A stretch of DNA of 33,263 bases from the IMG/VR virus record IMGVR_UViG_2913192161_000007, positions 1 to 33,263 of that record. The stretch is one strand, 5' to 3'. The stretch comes from a virus (taxonomy: Duplodnaviria > Heunggongvirae > Uroviricota > Caudoviricetes). This document shows positions 25,629 through 33,263 of this stretch, in pieces. A model generated the notes under the pieces. It was not told the DNA's origin and did no database searches. It saw nothing but the letters and a program-made list of their open reading frames with translations. The position numbers and the translations under genes were made by a program. Numbering within the stretch: position 1 is the first letter of the stretch; each line of letters opens with the position of its first letter.

Positions 25629-26144
25629 ATGGCTTTACCACGTAAATTAAAACACCTGAACCTGTTTAACGACGGGAACAACTGGCAGGGGATCGTTGAG
25701 TCGCTGACGCTGCCGAAATTTACCCGCAAATATGAGAAGTATCGCGGCGGCGGAATGCCGGGTGCGGTGGATGTGGATCTGGGGCTGGATGACGGCGCAC
25801 TGGATACTGAATTTTCCATTGGTGGCACTGAGCTGCTGCTGTTTAAGCAGATGGGCAAAGCTACGGTGGATGGTATCCAGTTGCGCTTTACCGGCTCTAT
25901 CCAGCGTGATGATACCGGGGAAGTGCAGGCCGTGGAGCTTGTGGTGCGTGGGCGCCACAAAGAAGTGGATTCCGGCGAGTGGAAGACGGGTGAAAGCAAC
26001 ACCACCAAAGTGACCAGCACCAACAGCTACGCGAAGCTGACCATCAATGGTGAGGTGCTTTATGAAGTGGACCTTATCAACATGGTGGAAATTGTGGACG
26101 GTGTGGACCTGATGGAAGCGCACCGCAACGCCCTCGGCCTCTGA
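25629..26144 (+). CDS. FII: Tail tube protein FII
   Basis: 171 aa; P2 FI-FII order. Confidence 0.9.
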   Translation: MALPRKLKHLNLFNDGNNWQGIVESLTLPKFTRKYEKYRGGGMPGAVDVDLGLDDGALDTEFSIGGTELLLFKQMGKATVDGIQLRFTGSIQRDDTGEVQAVELVVRGRHKEVDSGEWKTGESNTTKVTSTNSYAKLTINGEVLYEVDLINMVEIVDGVDLMEAHRNALGL

Positions 26145-26198
26145 TCTATCTGAACGGCGCGGGATACCGCGCCAGAACCCAATTTACAGGACAGCAAA

Positions 26199-26501
26199 AT
26201 GAGCGATAAGCAGACTGAAAAGACCATTCAACTGGATACCCCCATCATGCGTGGTAAAACTGAAATCACCGAAATTGTGCTGCGTAAACCGCAGTCCGGA
26301 GCGCTGCGCGGTACACGCCTGCAGGCCATTATGGATATGGATGTGAACGCGATGATGACCGTGATCCCCCGCATCTCCAGTCCGGCACTGACTGCACAGG
26401 AAATTGCAGAGATGGACCCGGCAGATCTCACTGCCATGTCGGTTGAGGTTGTCACTTTTTTGTTGAAGAAGTCGGTGCTTGCCGGTTTACCGACAGCCTG
26501 A
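26199..26501 (+). CDS. E: Tail assembly chaperone E
   Basis: 100 aa immediately upstream of the tape-measure gene; contains a slippery T TTT TTG near its 3' end. Confidence 0.8.
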   Translation: MSDKQTEKTIQLDTPIMRGKTEITEIVLRKPQSGALRGTRLQAIMDMDVNAMMTVIPRISSPALTAQEIAEMDPADLTAMSVEVVTFLLKKSVLAGLPTA

Positions 26502-26635
26502 CGGTTGACGATCTGGTGGCTGATATCGCCACCATCTTTCACTGGCCGCCATCCGTTACTGACGTTATGCCGCTGACCGAAGTGCTGGAATGGCGGTATA
26601 AAGCGATTCAGAGAAGTGGGGCCAGCCATGAGTGA
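26199..26635 (+). CDS. Tail assembly chaperone E+E' (predicted -1 programmed frameshift product)
   Basis: Slippery heptamer T_TTT_TTG at 26456-26462 in the E frame. The -1 frame is open for 57 codons from 26462 to TGA at 26633-26635, overlapping the T start. Confidence 0.65.
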
Positions 26636-29600
26636 CAATAACCTGCGTCTGCAGGTCATTCTTAATGCGGTTGACAAGCTCACCCGCCCATTTCGATCTG
26701 CGCAGGCCAGTTCAAGAGAACTGGCTGCTGCTGTCAAAAAATCCCGCGATGCAATAAAGCAGCTTGATCAGGCCGGGAGCAGTCTGGACAGCTTCCGAAA
26801 GCTGCAGGCAGAAAATCAGAAATTAGGCGACAGGCTGAACTATGCCCGCCAGCGTGCAAATTTGCTCAGTCAGGAACTGGGAGCGATGGGGCCGCCTTCG
26901 CAACGTCAGGTTGTCGCTCTGGGCCGTCAACGGCTGGCTGTTCAGCGCCTGGAAGAACGCCAGAAAAAGCTGCAGCAGCAGACGGCGCTTGTGCGTGCAG
27001 AACTTTATCGTGCTGGTATTTCAGCTAATGATGGCGCCAGTGCGACGGCCCGCATTACCCGTGAAACGATGCGTTATAACAGGCAGCTTTCTGAGCAGGA
27101 ATCGAGGTTACGACGTGTCGGGGAGCAACAGCGAAAAATGCACGCCGCCCGGGGGGCTTACGCCAGTCGTCTTGAGGTAAGGGATCGTATTGCCGGGGCC
27201 GGAGCCACCACCACGGCTGCAGGGCTGGCAATGGGCGCGCCAGTGATGGCGGCAGTAAAAAGCTATACCAGTATGGAAGATGCCATGAAAGGTGTGGCAA
27301 AGCAGGTCAATGGTTTGCGTGACGATAATGGCAACCGCACTGCGCGTTTTTATGAAATGCAGGATGCCATCAAGGCTGCCAGCGAACAGTTGCCGATGGA
27401 AAACGGTGCGGTGGACTTCGCCGCACTGGTTGAAGGTGGGGCGCGCATGAACGTCGCAAACCCTGACGACAGCTGGGAAGACCAGAAACGTGACCTGCTG
27501 GCCTTCGCCAGCACGGCGGCAAAGGCGGCAACAGCCTTTGAACTGCCAGCGGATGAACTGTCAGAAAGTCTGGGGAAAATCGCCCAGCTCTACAAAATCC
27601 CTACCCGCAATATTGAACAGCTCGGTGATGCGCTGAACTATCTGGATGATAACGCCATGTCGAAAGGAGCGGACATCATTGATGTCATGCAACGCCTGGG
27701 CGGTGTGGCTGACCGTCTGGATTATCGTAAAGCGGCGGCGCTGGGTTCCACCTTCCTGACACTGGGCGCTGCGCCGGAGGTTGCAGCCAGTGCAGCAAAC
27801 GCGATGGTGCGTGAATTGTCCATTGCCACCATGCAAAGTAAGAGTTTCTTTGAAGGAATGAATCTGCTGAAACTCAATCCTGAAGTGATTGAAAAGCAGA
27901 TGACGAAGGATGCGATGGGAACTATCCAGCGTGTGCTGGAGAAGGTGAACGAACTGCCGCAGGATAAGCGTCTGTCTGCCATGACCATGTTGTTTGGTAA
28001 AGAGTTTGGCGATGACGCGGCGAAACTGGCAAACAACCTGCCGGAACTGCAGCGTCAGTTAAAACTGACAGCGGGCAATGATGCGCTCGGCTCCATGCAG
28101 AAAGAATCCGACATCAACAAGGACTCACTTTCTGCTCAGTGGTTGCTGGTCAAAACCGGAGCGCAGAACACCTTCAGTAGCCTGGGCGAAACGCTGCGCC
28201 AGCCGCTGATGGATATTCTGTACACGGTGAAAAGCGTCACGGGGGCGTTGCGTCGCTGGGTGGAAGCTAACCCGGAATTGACGGGCACACTGATGAAAGT
28301 AGCCGCTGTGGTGGCTGCCGTTACCGTGGGACTCGGCACCTTAGCGGTGGTGCTGGCTGCAGTGCTGGGGCCGCTGGCAGTGATCCGTCTGGGATTCTCT
28401 GTGCTGGGTATCAAAACGTTACCTTCCGTTACGGATGCAGTAACACGAACCAGCAGCGCGTTGTCCTGGCTGGCTGGCGCTCCACTGGCAGTGCTTCGAC
28501 GCGGGCTTGCTTCATCGGGGAGCACTGCGGGTTTGCTTACTGCGCCGCTGTTGTCTTTGCGCCGCACGGCAGCATTGACAGGGAATGCCCTGAAAACTGT
28601 GGCAGCTGCGCCTGTTGCACTCTTGCGGTCCGGTTTATCCGGTTTACGTGCTGTTGCCGTGATGTTTATGAATCCACTGGCAGCACTACGCGGCGGGCTG
28701 ACCGCCACAGGCGCGGTGTTGCGTGTGCTGGCATCCGGTTCGCTGGCGATGCTGCGCGTTGCCCTGTATGCCGTATCAGGTCTGTTAGGTGCTCTGCTCA
28801 GTCCGATAGGTCTTGTGGTTACTGCACTGGCGGGTGTGGCGCTGGTTGTCTGGAAATACTGGCAACCCATCACCGCATTTCTCGGTGGCGTGGTGGAAGG
28901 ATTCAAAGCAGCGGCTGGTCCCATCAGTGCCGCATTCGAACCACTTAAGCCTGTGTTCCAGTGGATTGGCGACAAAGTGCAGGCGCTGTGGGGCTGGTTT
29001 ACTGACCTGCTGACGCCTGTTAAGTCGACCTCTGCCGAACTGCAGAGCGCAGCGGCAATGGGGCGACGATTCGGGGAGGCACTGGCGGAAGGGCTGAATA
29101 TGGTCATGCACCCGCTGGACTCCCTGAAATCCGGCGTTTCCTGGTTGCTGGAGAAACTCGGCATTGTCAGTAAAGAGGCTGCAAAAGCGAAACTGCCGGA
29201 AAGCGTGACGCGTCAGCAACCTGCGACGGTGAATGCAGACGGTAAAGTGATAATGCCATCGGGTGGTTTTCCGTCATGGGGATATGGCTTTGCGGGGATG
29301 TATGACAGCGGCGGGTATATCCCGCGCGGGCAGTTCGGCATTGTCGGTGAAAACGGGCCGGAAATTGTCAACGGTCCGGCAAACGTGACCAGCCGGAGAA
29401 ATACCGCTGCACTGGCTGCGGTTGTCGCCGGAATGATGGGCGTTGCTGCCGCGCCAGCAGAGCTTCCACCGTTGCATCCTTTGGCGCTTCCCGCGAAAGG
29501 CGGTGAAGCGATGGTGAGTCGCGCAGCTGCTGTGCCGCCCGTTCACCGGATTGAGGCACCGACGCAGATCATCATCCAGACGCAGCCAGGACAAAGTGCG

Positions 29601-29705
29601 CAGGATATTGCGCGGGAGGTGGCACGCCAGCTTGATGAACGTGAACGCAGGCTGAAGGCAAAAGCCAGGAGTAACTACAGCGATCAGGGGGGATACGACG
29701 TATGA
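26628..29705 (+). CDS. T: Tail tape-measure protein T
   Basis: About 1025 aa from ATG 26628 (ORF track begins at GTG 26616). Coiled-coil N-terminal part and Ala/Gly/Leu-rich repetitive hydrophobic middle. Confidence 0.9.
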   Translation: MSDNNLRLQVILNAVDKLTRPFRSAQASSRELAAAVKKSRDAIKQLDQAGSSLDSFRKLQAENQKLGDRLNYARQRANLLSQELGAMGPPSQRQVVALGRQRLAVQRLEERQKKLQQQTALVRAELYRAGISANDGASATARITRETMRYNRQLSEQESRLRRVGEQQRKMHAARGAYASRLEVRDRIAGAGATTTAAGLAMGAPVMAAVKSYTSMEDAMKGVAKQVNGLRDDNGNRTARFYEMQDAIKAASEQLPMENGAVDFAALVEGGARMNVANPDDSWEDQKRDLLAFASTAAKAATAFELPADELSESLGKIAQLYKIPTRNIEQLGDALNYLDDNAMSKGADIIDVMQRLGGVADRLDYRKAAALGSTFLTLGAAPEVAASAANAMVRELSIATMQSKSFFEGMNLLKLNPEVIEKQMTKDAMGTIQRVLEKVNELPQDKRLSAMTMLFGKEFGDDAAKLANNLPELQRQLKLTAGNDALGSMQKESDINKDSLSAQWLLVKTGAQNTFSSLGETLRQPLMDILYTVKSVTGALRRWVEANPELTGTLMKVAAVVAAVTVGLGTLAVVLAAVLGPLAVIRLGFSVLGIKTLPSVTDAVTRTSSALSWLAGAPLAVLRRGLASSGSTAGLLTAPLLSLRRTAALTGNALKTVAAAPVALLRSGLSGLRAVAVMFMNPLAALRGGLTATGAVLRVLASGSLAMLRVALYAVSGLLGALLSPIGLVVTALAGVALVVWKYWQPITAFLGGVVEGFKAAAGPISAAFEPLKPVFQWIGDKVQALWGWFTDLLTPVKSTSAELQSAAAMGRRFGEALAEGLNMVMHPLDSLKSGVSWLLEKLGIVSKEAAKAKLPESVTRQQPATVNADGKVIMPSGGFPSWGYGFAGMYDSGGYIPRGQFGIVGENGPEIVNGPANVTSRRNTAALAAVVAGMMGVAAAPAELPPLHPLALPAKGGEAMVSRAAAVPPVHRIEAPTQIIIQTQPGQSAQDIAREVARQLDERERRLKAKARSNYSDQGGYDV

Positions 29706-30187
29706 TGATGGTGCTGGGATTGTACGTGTTTATGCTGCGCACCGTACCGTATCAGGAGCTGCAGTATCAACGCAGCTGGCGACATGCGGCAAACAGTCGG
29801 GTAAATCGTCGTCCGTCCACGCAGTTTCTGGGACCGGACAACGACATGCTGACGCTTTCCGGTGTTCTTATGCCGGAGATAACAGGCGGCAGGCTGTCGT
29901 TGCTGGCACTAGAGCAGATGGCAGAACAGGGGAAAGCATGGCCCCTGATTGAAGGCAGCGGCACGATTTACGGCATGTATGTGATTGAGGGACTGAATCA
30001 GACTAAAACGGAGTTTTTCCGCGACGGTATGCCGCGCCGGATTGAGTTCACCCTGTCGCTCAAACGGGTGGATGAATCCCTGTCCGATATGTTCAGTGAT
30101 CTCAGTGCGCAACTGAATAATCTGCAGGAAACGGCAACATCTGCTTTAGGCGATATCAGTAAAACGGTGGGAGGGCTGTTGTCGTGA
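29702..30187 (+). CDS. U: Tail protein U
   Basis: 161 aa, overlaps T stop (ATGA); P2 order T-U-D. Confidence 0.8.
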   Translation: MMMVLGLYVFMLRTVPYQELQYQRSWRHAANSRVNRRPSTQFLGPDNDMLTLSGVLMPEITGGRLSLLALEQMAEQGKAWPLIEGSGTIYGMYVIEGLNQTKTEFFRDGMPRRIEFTLSLKRVDESLSDMFSDLSAQLNNLQETATSALGDISKTVGGLLS

Positions 30188-31284
30188 ATTTCAGCTCTGA
30201 ACTGCTTAACAAAGGCAACAAAACTCCGGCATTCAGCATCAGTATTGAAGGCAAGGATATCACCACTGTGCTGGACAACCGCCTGATGGGGCTTACGCTG
30301 ACGGATAACCGGGGCTTTGAAGCGGACCAGCTTGATCTGGAACTGGATGATGCCGACGGAAAAATCGTGCTGCCGCGTCGTGGTGCGGTCATTACGCTGG
30401 CGCTGGGCTGGAAAGGGCAGCCACTTTTCCCGAAAGGGGCATTCACGGTGGATGAAATTGAACACACTGGCGCACCGGACCGCCTGACTATCCGGGCGCG
30501 AAGTGCTGATTTTCGGGAAACGCTGAATACCCGCCGTGAAAAGTCGTGGCACAAGACCACCGTTGGGGAAGTGGTGAAGGAAATAGCTGCGCGGCACAAA
30601 CTGAAGATGGCACTGGGTAAAGACCTGTCGGATAAGCCCGTGGAGCATATAGACCAGACTAATGAGAGTGACGGCAGTTTTTTGATGCGGCTGGCGCGCC
30701 AGTACGGTGCTATTGCGTCGGTGAAAAATGGCAATCTGTTATTCATCCGGCAGGGACAGGGCAAAAGCGCCAGCGGTAAACCTCTGCCGGTGATCACTAT
30801 CACACGTAAGGACGGCGACAGTCACCGCTTTACCCTGGCGGATCGCGGAGCCTACACGGGCGTCATTGCCAGCTGGTTGCATACCCGCGAACCTGCGAAG
30901 AAAGAAAGCACTACAGTGAAGCGTAAGCGCAGGACCAAGAAGCAGAAGAAAGAGCCGGAAGCGAAGCAGGGCGATTACCTGGTGGGGACGGATGAAAACG
31001 TGCTGGTACTTAATCGCACTTATGCCAACCGGAGCAACGCCGAACGAGCGGCAAAAATGCAGTGGGAACGCCTGCAACGCGGTGTTGCGTCATTCTCGCT
31101 GCAACTGGCAGAAGGACGGGCAGATCTTTATACGGAAATGCCTGTAAAAGTCAGTGGCTTTAAACAGCCGATAGATGATGCGGAATGGACGATTACGACT
31201 CTGACACATACCGTCAGCCCGGATAACGGTTTTACGACCAGTATTGAACTTGAAGTGAAAATTGATGATCTTGAAATGGAATAA
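30184..31284 (+). CDS. D: Tail protein D
   Basis: 366 aa, GTG start overlapping the U stop. Confidence 0.8.
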   Translation: MNFSSELLNKGNKTPAFSISIEGKDITTVLDNRLMGLTLTDNRGFEADQLDLELDDADGKIVLPRRGAVITLALGWKGQPLFPKGAFTVDEIEHTGAPDRLTIRARSADFRETLNTRREKSWHKTTVGEVVKEIAARHKLKMALGKDLSDKPVEHIDQTNESDGSFLMRLARQYGAIASVKNGNLLFIRQGQGKSASGKPLPVITITRKDGDSHRFTLADRGAYTGVIASWLHTREPAKKESTTVKRKRRTKKQKKEPEAKQGDYLVGTDENVLVLNRTYANRSNAERAAKMQWERLQRGVASFSLQLAEGRADLYTEMPVKVSGFKQPIDDAEWTITTLTHTVSPDNGFTTSIELEVKIDDLEME

Positions 31285-31311
31285 ATGGTTCTCAATATTG
31301 ATATTTTGTGT

Positions 31312-31325
31312 ATCATTGCAATGAT
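31312..31325. promoter_or_regulatory. Perfect 14-bp palindrome ATCATTGCAATGAT upstream of ogr (candidate operator)
   Basis: Exact self-complementary 14-mer 28 bp upstream of the ogr start codon. Confidence 0.4.
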
Positions 31326-31352
31326 TCTGATAGCAAAGGTAGGGATCTGGAT

Positions 31353-31571
31353 ATGATGAATTGTCCAAAGTGTGGTCATGCGGCGCACACAAGGAGCAGT
31401 TTTCAAGTAACAGAAAGCACCAAAGAGCGTTACTGCCAGTGCCAAAATATTAACTGCGGGAGCACTTTTGTTACCCATGAAACAGTGGTCCGGTTTATTG
31501 TGACACCTGCAGTGATTGCCACAGCCCCTCCACATCCATTGCCAGGTGGTCAGGGCCATATGAATTTTTAA
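31353..31571 (+). CDS. ogr: Late transcription activator, Ogr/Delta zinc-finger family
   Basis: 72 aa from ATG 31353. MMNCPKCGHAAHTRSS...KERYCQCQNINCGSTF...PHPLPGGQ matches the P2 Ogr C-x2-C...C-x4-C pattern and length. Confidence 0.85.
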   Translation: MMNCPKCGHAAHTRSSFQVTESTKERYCQCQNINCGSTFVTHETVVRFIVTPAVIATAPPHPLPGGQGHMNF

Positions 31572-31579
31572 GAAAGAGA

Positions 31580-31602
31580 ACCTGCTACGGCAGGTTTTTA
31601 TT
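31580..31602. terminator. Hairpin terminator between convergent ogr and the WYL/BRCT gene (possibly bidirectional)
   Basis: Stem ACCTGC / GCAGGT with loop TACG, followed by TTTTTATT on the plus strand; a weaker T-rich tract follows on the minus strand. Overlaps the stop codon of the minus-strand gene. Confidence 0.55.
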
Positions 31603-32080
31603 CATCTGGGATCTCACCTGTTTCAAGAAAATGTATAAAGCCAGGCTCATCTATGATGATAGTGCCTTTCATCCTTGCTGCCGATACTTTTGATGGGCCT
31701 GCATTGTAACCGCAGCAGAGCATCTGAAGGTTTTGGGTTACAGAGGTTCTTACCGTTAATCCTTGTTCATTCGCCTTATCAACCAACCTTTCTTTATCTG
31801 CTTTCTTAAATCCGGTGAAACATACATCGAATGTATTTTTTTTCGGGCCAGACGGCTTAGTGAGATGTGAGTAGTTTTCGGGGAGGAATGTCTCGCATTC
31901 CTGAATGGCTTGTTCTTGTGAATCGTATTGTTTAAGAATGCGGTCTTTTCGGAAGGTTTTTATTCGGTCGGTGTTCTTACAAATGCCCTGTATATGATTT
32001 TCGCTATAACTGATGCTCTGTATTGAGTGAACACCGATACGACCATTTGCATTGATGTAAACAAAGTGAAGTTCTTCCAT
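31598..32080 (-). CDS. Hypothetical protein with WYL-like N-terminal motif and BRCT-like C-terminal domain (cargo gene next to attR)
   Basis: 160 aa, RBS aagagg 6 nt upstream of ATG. N-terminal TDRIKTFRKDRIL resembles the R-x-F-R-x-D-R-I core of WYL domains. C-terminal VCFTGFKK...GLTVRTSVTQNLQMLCCGYNAGPSKVSAARMKGTIIIDEPGFIHFL lines up with the LigA-type BRCT pattern (V-x-TG ... SVSKKT ... AG-SK ... A ... G ... IDE ... F). Moderately AT-rich. Confidence 0.65.
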   Translation of the reverse strand: MEELHFVYINANGRIGVHSIQSISYSENHIQGICKNTDRIKTFRKDRILKQYDSQEQAIQECETFLPENYSHLTKPSGPKKNTFDVCFTGFKKADKERLVDKANEQGLTVRTSVTQNLQMLCCGYNAGPSKVSAARMKGTIIIDEPGFIHFLETGEIPDE

Positions 32081-32106
32081 GTGAAACCTCTTGGCTTGAT
32101 TTCAAG

Positions 32107-32145
32107 ATGGCGACAGGCAAGACGGACGCAAAACTCTGTCGCCAT
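32107..32145. promoter_or_regulatory. Perfect 10-bp inverted repeat (ATGGCGACAG ... CTGTCGCCAT) upstream of the WYL/BRCT gene; candidate operator
   Basis: Arms at 32107-32116 and 32136-32145 separated by 19 bp, with an extra direct copy of TGTCGCC at 32148-32154. Lies between the gene start (32080) and the ssrA 3' end. Confidence 0.5.
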
Positions 32146-32164
32146 TTTGTCGCCACTACCAAAG

Positions 32165-32199
32165 AAAAAGGGGCTACGCCTTCACGTAACCCCTTGATT
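32165..32199 (-). terminator. Possible phage-supplied terminator just downstream of the ssrA 3' end
   Basis: Minus strand: AAGGGG - 16-nt loop - CCCCTT followed by TTTTT. Short stem and large loop, so weak. Confidence 0.35.
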
Positions 32200-32203
32200 T
32201 ATT

Positions 32204-32247
32204 TGGTGGAGCTGGCGGGAGTTGAACCCGCGTCCGAAATTCCTACA
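32204..32247. repeat. attR core (3'-terminal 44 nt of ssrA)
   Basis: Direct repeat of 964..1007 (43/44 identical); here it is the functional 3' end of tmRNA ending ...GCTCCACCA. Confidence 0.85.
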
Positions 32248-32566
32248 TCCTCGGTACTACATGCTTAGTCAGTCTTTACATTCGCTTGCCAGCTGCGGAC
32301 AGACACGCCACTAACAAACTAGCCTGATTAAGTTTTAACGCTTCAACCCCAGGCAGGGCTTCCACGCGATCTCTTTTGGGTTTGACCTCTCTTGATCCCC
32401 GTCCTAAGAGCGGAGGCTAGGGAGAGAGGGCTCTAAGCAGGTTATTAAGCTGCTAAAGCGTAGTTTTCGTCGTTTGCGACTATTTTTTGCGGCTTTTTAC
32501 GAGGCCAACCGCCCCTCGGCATGCACCTTGGGTTTCGCAAATCCCGTCGAATCCAGAATCAGCCCC
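32204..32566 (-). ncRNA. ssrA: tmRNA (SsrA), complete
   Basis: 363 nt on the minus strand, GGGGCTGATTCTGGATTCGACGGG ... tRNA-like 3' end ...GGTTCAACTCCCGCCAGCTCCACCA. Internal tag-coding region present. Downstream of smpB on the same strand. Confidence 0.95.
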
Positions 32567-32780
32567 AATGTGTAACGTTAAGTATACCAGATTTTTGAGC
32601 GCCATGACTAGCCCCAAAGGCGTTATCATCCTGGAATTAGCGCCTGCATAGTATGATTTTTCTTCGATTAAGCAATGGGATGGCTACATCAGTGTCAGAT
32701 TTGACAGTCGACAAGATGTTCATTCGCGCCGCCGGATAGGGAGGCGCGGTGAAGATTTGATTAGTATCGCTTATATAGGT

Positions 32781-33263
32781 TTAACGGTGCGCATTTTTCA
32801 TGATACGTGCTTTATCAACCTGCCATTCACGTTCTTTGATATCAGAACGTTTATCGTGTTGTTTCTTACCTTTCGCGACGCCGATTTTTACTTTGCACCA
32901 GGCATTTTTCCAGTACAGGGAGAGCGCTACTACGGTATAACCTTCACGGTTCACTCGGCCATAGAGAGAGTCAAGTTCGCGCTGGTTGAGAAGCAGTTTG
33001 CGGGTGCGAGTAGGGTCGCACACCACGTGCGTGGAAGCCACTGCCATCGGCGTGATGTTTGCTCCAAACAGGAACGCTTCTCCGTCGCGCAGAAGGACAT
33101 AGCTGTCGCTAATATTGGCTTTTCCTGCGCGCAGGGATTTAACTTCCCAGCCTTGCAGGGCAAGTCCCGCTTCGAACTCTTCTTCAATAAAGTATTCGTG
33201 ACGGGCGCGCTTGTTAAGCGCGATGGTCGCTGAACCAGGTTTATGTGCTTTTTTCTTCGTCAT
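32781..33263 (-). CDS. smpB: SsrA-binding protein SmpB
   Basis: 160 aa, [70 protein letters not shown]... matches enterobacterial SmpB. Start codon at the last three bases of the window. Confidence 0.95.

Larger units (their letters stand above)
964..32247. mobile_element. P2-family (186/Fels-2-like) prophage integrated in ssrA, apparently complete
   Basis: Bounded by 44-bp direct repeats derived from the ssrA 3' end. Contains int, cI, apl, cII, replication gene, cos-like site, full P2-type head, lysis and tail gene order, and ogr. Confidence 0.85.

Noticed and set aside
28136-29164. 342-aa minus-strand ORF inside the tape-measure gene
   Set aside because: Antisense to a long, well-supported GC-rich gene; its translation is low-complexity Ala/Ser/Pro/Thr-rich, as expected for the reverse frame of a repetitive coding region.
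31308-31352. N-terminal extension of the ogr ORF in the ORF track (87 aa from GTG 31308)
   Set aside because: The extension runs through the 14-bp palindrome and lacks an RBS; the ATG at 31353 has an RBS and gives the canonical 72-aa Ogr length.

Overview
The window is almost entirely one complete P2-family prophage of the 186/Fels-2 type (about 31.3 kb, 964..32247) integrated into the 3' end of the tmRNA gene ssrA. On the right, smpB and an intact ssrA (32204..32566, minus strand) abut attR. On the left, a 44-bp copy of the ssrA 3' end (attL, 964..1007, one mismatch) is followed by the native-looking ssrA terminator and the N-terminal part of a P4/CP4-57-type integrase running off the window. 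The phage therefore sits between ssrA and an older ssrA-associated island (tandem arrangement). Prophage order is int-cI / apl-cII-small early genes-TraR-like-dam-A (replication) / SOS-controlled Tum (DinI-like) module / cargo gene / cos / Q-P divergent from O-N-M-L-X / lysis cassette / tail genes R S V W J I H G FI FII E-E' T U D / ogr. Three cargo loci interrupt this backbone and are the main candidates for undescribed functions: (1) a visibly AT-rich 356-aa polytopic membrane protein coupled to the 3' end of int next to attL; (2) a 160-aa protein with a WYL-like N-terminal motif and a BRCT-like C-terminal domain next to attR, preceded by a perfect 10-bp inverted repeat; (3) a 219-aa membrane-anchored protein in the tin/old-equivalent position between the Tum module and cos. 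Everything is read by eye from the sequence and ORF track; no database searches or computations were run, and homology calls rest on remembered family signatures.
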